Positions 62,524-64,000 of a stretch of 64,000 nt of DNA are shown piece after piece. A model generated the notes under the pieces. That model was not told the origin of the DNA. It ran no database searches and saw nothing but the letters and a program-made list of their open reading frames with translations. The first letter of the stretch is position 1. Each line of letters begins with the position of its first letter. Source of the stretch: Cirrosporium novae-zelandiae (Eukaryota); NCBI GenBank assembly GCA_026023565.1, contig JAPETS010000044.1, positions 62,001 through 126,000 on the forward strand, in the 5' to 3' direction. The translations under genes and the position numbers were made by a program.

Positions 62524-64000
62524 ATGTCCCCCACCACCACCACCATCACCACATCCGACAAAAAACCCCCTACCTCCCCCAAATTCAAATCTCCCTCTTC
62601 AATCTCTGCCACTTCCCTCCCCACCGACATCGACATCGATGTCGATATCGCCGCCGCCTACGCTTCCGATATCACAACCTACATACCGCAAGAAGCGAAA
62701 CGGTTACGATGGAAGCTGGATTTGAGATTGGTGCCGTTGTTGTGGTTTAATGTTACGTTGGGGGCTATGGATAAGGTCACGACTGCTACGGCGGCTTTGT
62801 GAGTTTTTTTTTTGGTTTTGGTTTTTTGGGGGGGAGGGGAGTAAAGGGGAGAATGTGTGGCTGATGGTGGTGGTGAATAATAGATATGGTATGAGAGCCG
62901 ATACGGGATTAGTGGGGGAGCAATATTCTTGGGTTGCGAGTGTTTTTTACGTATGTATGACCGACCCTAGGACCGTTATACCCCAATTTCGTTTTTGTAA
63001 ATTTTCGTTGAGATCCAAAATGAACACATGCACGTTTTTGGAATAACTTTGCTGACCCACTGTGCCCTTGCACTATCCATCCATACAGTTTGGCTATCTC
63101 ATCTGGTGTTTTCCCTCGGCAATGATTCTGCAGCGCCTTCCAATCGCCAAAACGATGGCAATAGCACAAGTAATCTGGGGTATTATCCTAATAGGGACGG
63201 GATTCGCGCAGAACTTTCCAACTATGATTGCGCTGAGGTTGTTGCTGGGAATTTTGGAGGCGCCGATTATTCCTGGGAATTTGTTGGTGCTTTCAATGTG
63301 GTATACTAGAAGGTGAGTTGGTTGTTCTGTTGTTGGCTTTCGATGGCTCTGTGCATGTGTGGTGGTGGTGGTGGAGATGTTAGTGCGGAGAATAAGAGGG
63401 TTGATGGTTTTTGGGTAGTGAACAATCGCTTCGTTATGGATTGATGTATACCGGGCTTTCGGTTTGTTTTACGGGCCCTATTGGTTATGCGTATGTGCTC
63501 CCTTATGTTGCATTCGCACTCCTTGCTTGTGTTAACATAATCAGTATTGGATTCATCCACGGCGATTCACCCGAGATATGGCGTATATTCTTCTGGATCA
63601 CCGGCGGTATGACGGTAGTGTGGTCTCTCGTTCTTGGCCTTTTCCTCCCCGATAACCCAGTCAAGGCGAAATTCCTCAGCGAGCGTGAAAAGGTTATTGC
63701 CATAGATCGAGTTCGAGTTAACCAGACAGGAATCGAGAATAAGAAATTTAAGAAGGCGCAATTTATCGAGGCTATGCTAGATCCAAAAACGTGGCTGATG
63801 TTTTTCTTTAATGTTTGGGTCAATGTTCCGAATGGAGGTCTTACGAATGTGAGAAGCCTGATAGTATACCTCTTTTCTTTTATCGAGAAGCTGATTGAAT
63901 CTGGATAGTTTTCTCCCTTGATCATTAAGGGGCTGGGCTATACTTCGCAGCGCTCTACTCTCCTGACAATGCCGTGCGGAATCATGCAGACAGTTTCCAG
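62524..64000 (+). CDS. MFS transporter, allantoate permease (Dal5/ACS) family; 3' end outside the window
   Basis: EAKRLRWKLDLRLVP..MDK..AALYGMRADTGLVGEQYSWVASVFY|FGYL..LQRLP..RLLLGILEA..MWYTR|SEQ..LPDNPVKAKFLSERE..NQTGIENKKFK..PNGGLTN|FSPLIIKGLGYT. Confidence 0.9.

Noticed and set aside
1..64000. Starship or other autonomous transposon
   Set aside because: No tyrosine recombinase (DUF3435), DDE transposase, RT/integrase or Rep-helicase motifs were recognised; only cargo-like genes and non-coding repeats are present.

Overview
Eukaryotic, intron-containing DNA from a filamentous ascomycete (Pezizomycotina-type GT..AG introns with CTRAY branch points; no finer taxon can be assigned from this window). 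Layout: 1-8 kb is a decayed region holding a Upf1/DNA2-like SF1 helicase pseudogene. It is followed by an intron-containing tRNA-Phe and a conserved core block (PRM1, MOB1, tryptophan synthase). 17.5-24 kb is AT-rich and carries five copies of an unnamed hairpin/pentamer repeat, nested inverted repeats and one orphan Myb-like gene. Next come a Zn2Cys6 TF paired with a DUF1445 (D-glutamate cyclase-like) gene, a GH31 alpha-1,4-glucan lyase-like gene, and a zone of accessory or decaying genes (APH-like kinase, frameshifted ORF, SDR relic, truncated HET-type gene, SAM methyltransferase). The most notable item is a compact cluster at 46.5-54 kb: Zn2Cys6 TF + PLP aminotransferase + an isocitrate-lyase-fold enzyme whose catalytic KKCGH loop and substrate pocket are rewritten. 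The two enzyme genes share a divergent promoter with a perfect CGG-N9-CCG palindrome. The window ends with an FHA-like Ser/Thr kinase, an orphan repeat protein and a partial allantoate-family MFS transporter. All family assignments come from motif recognition by eye; no database search was run.
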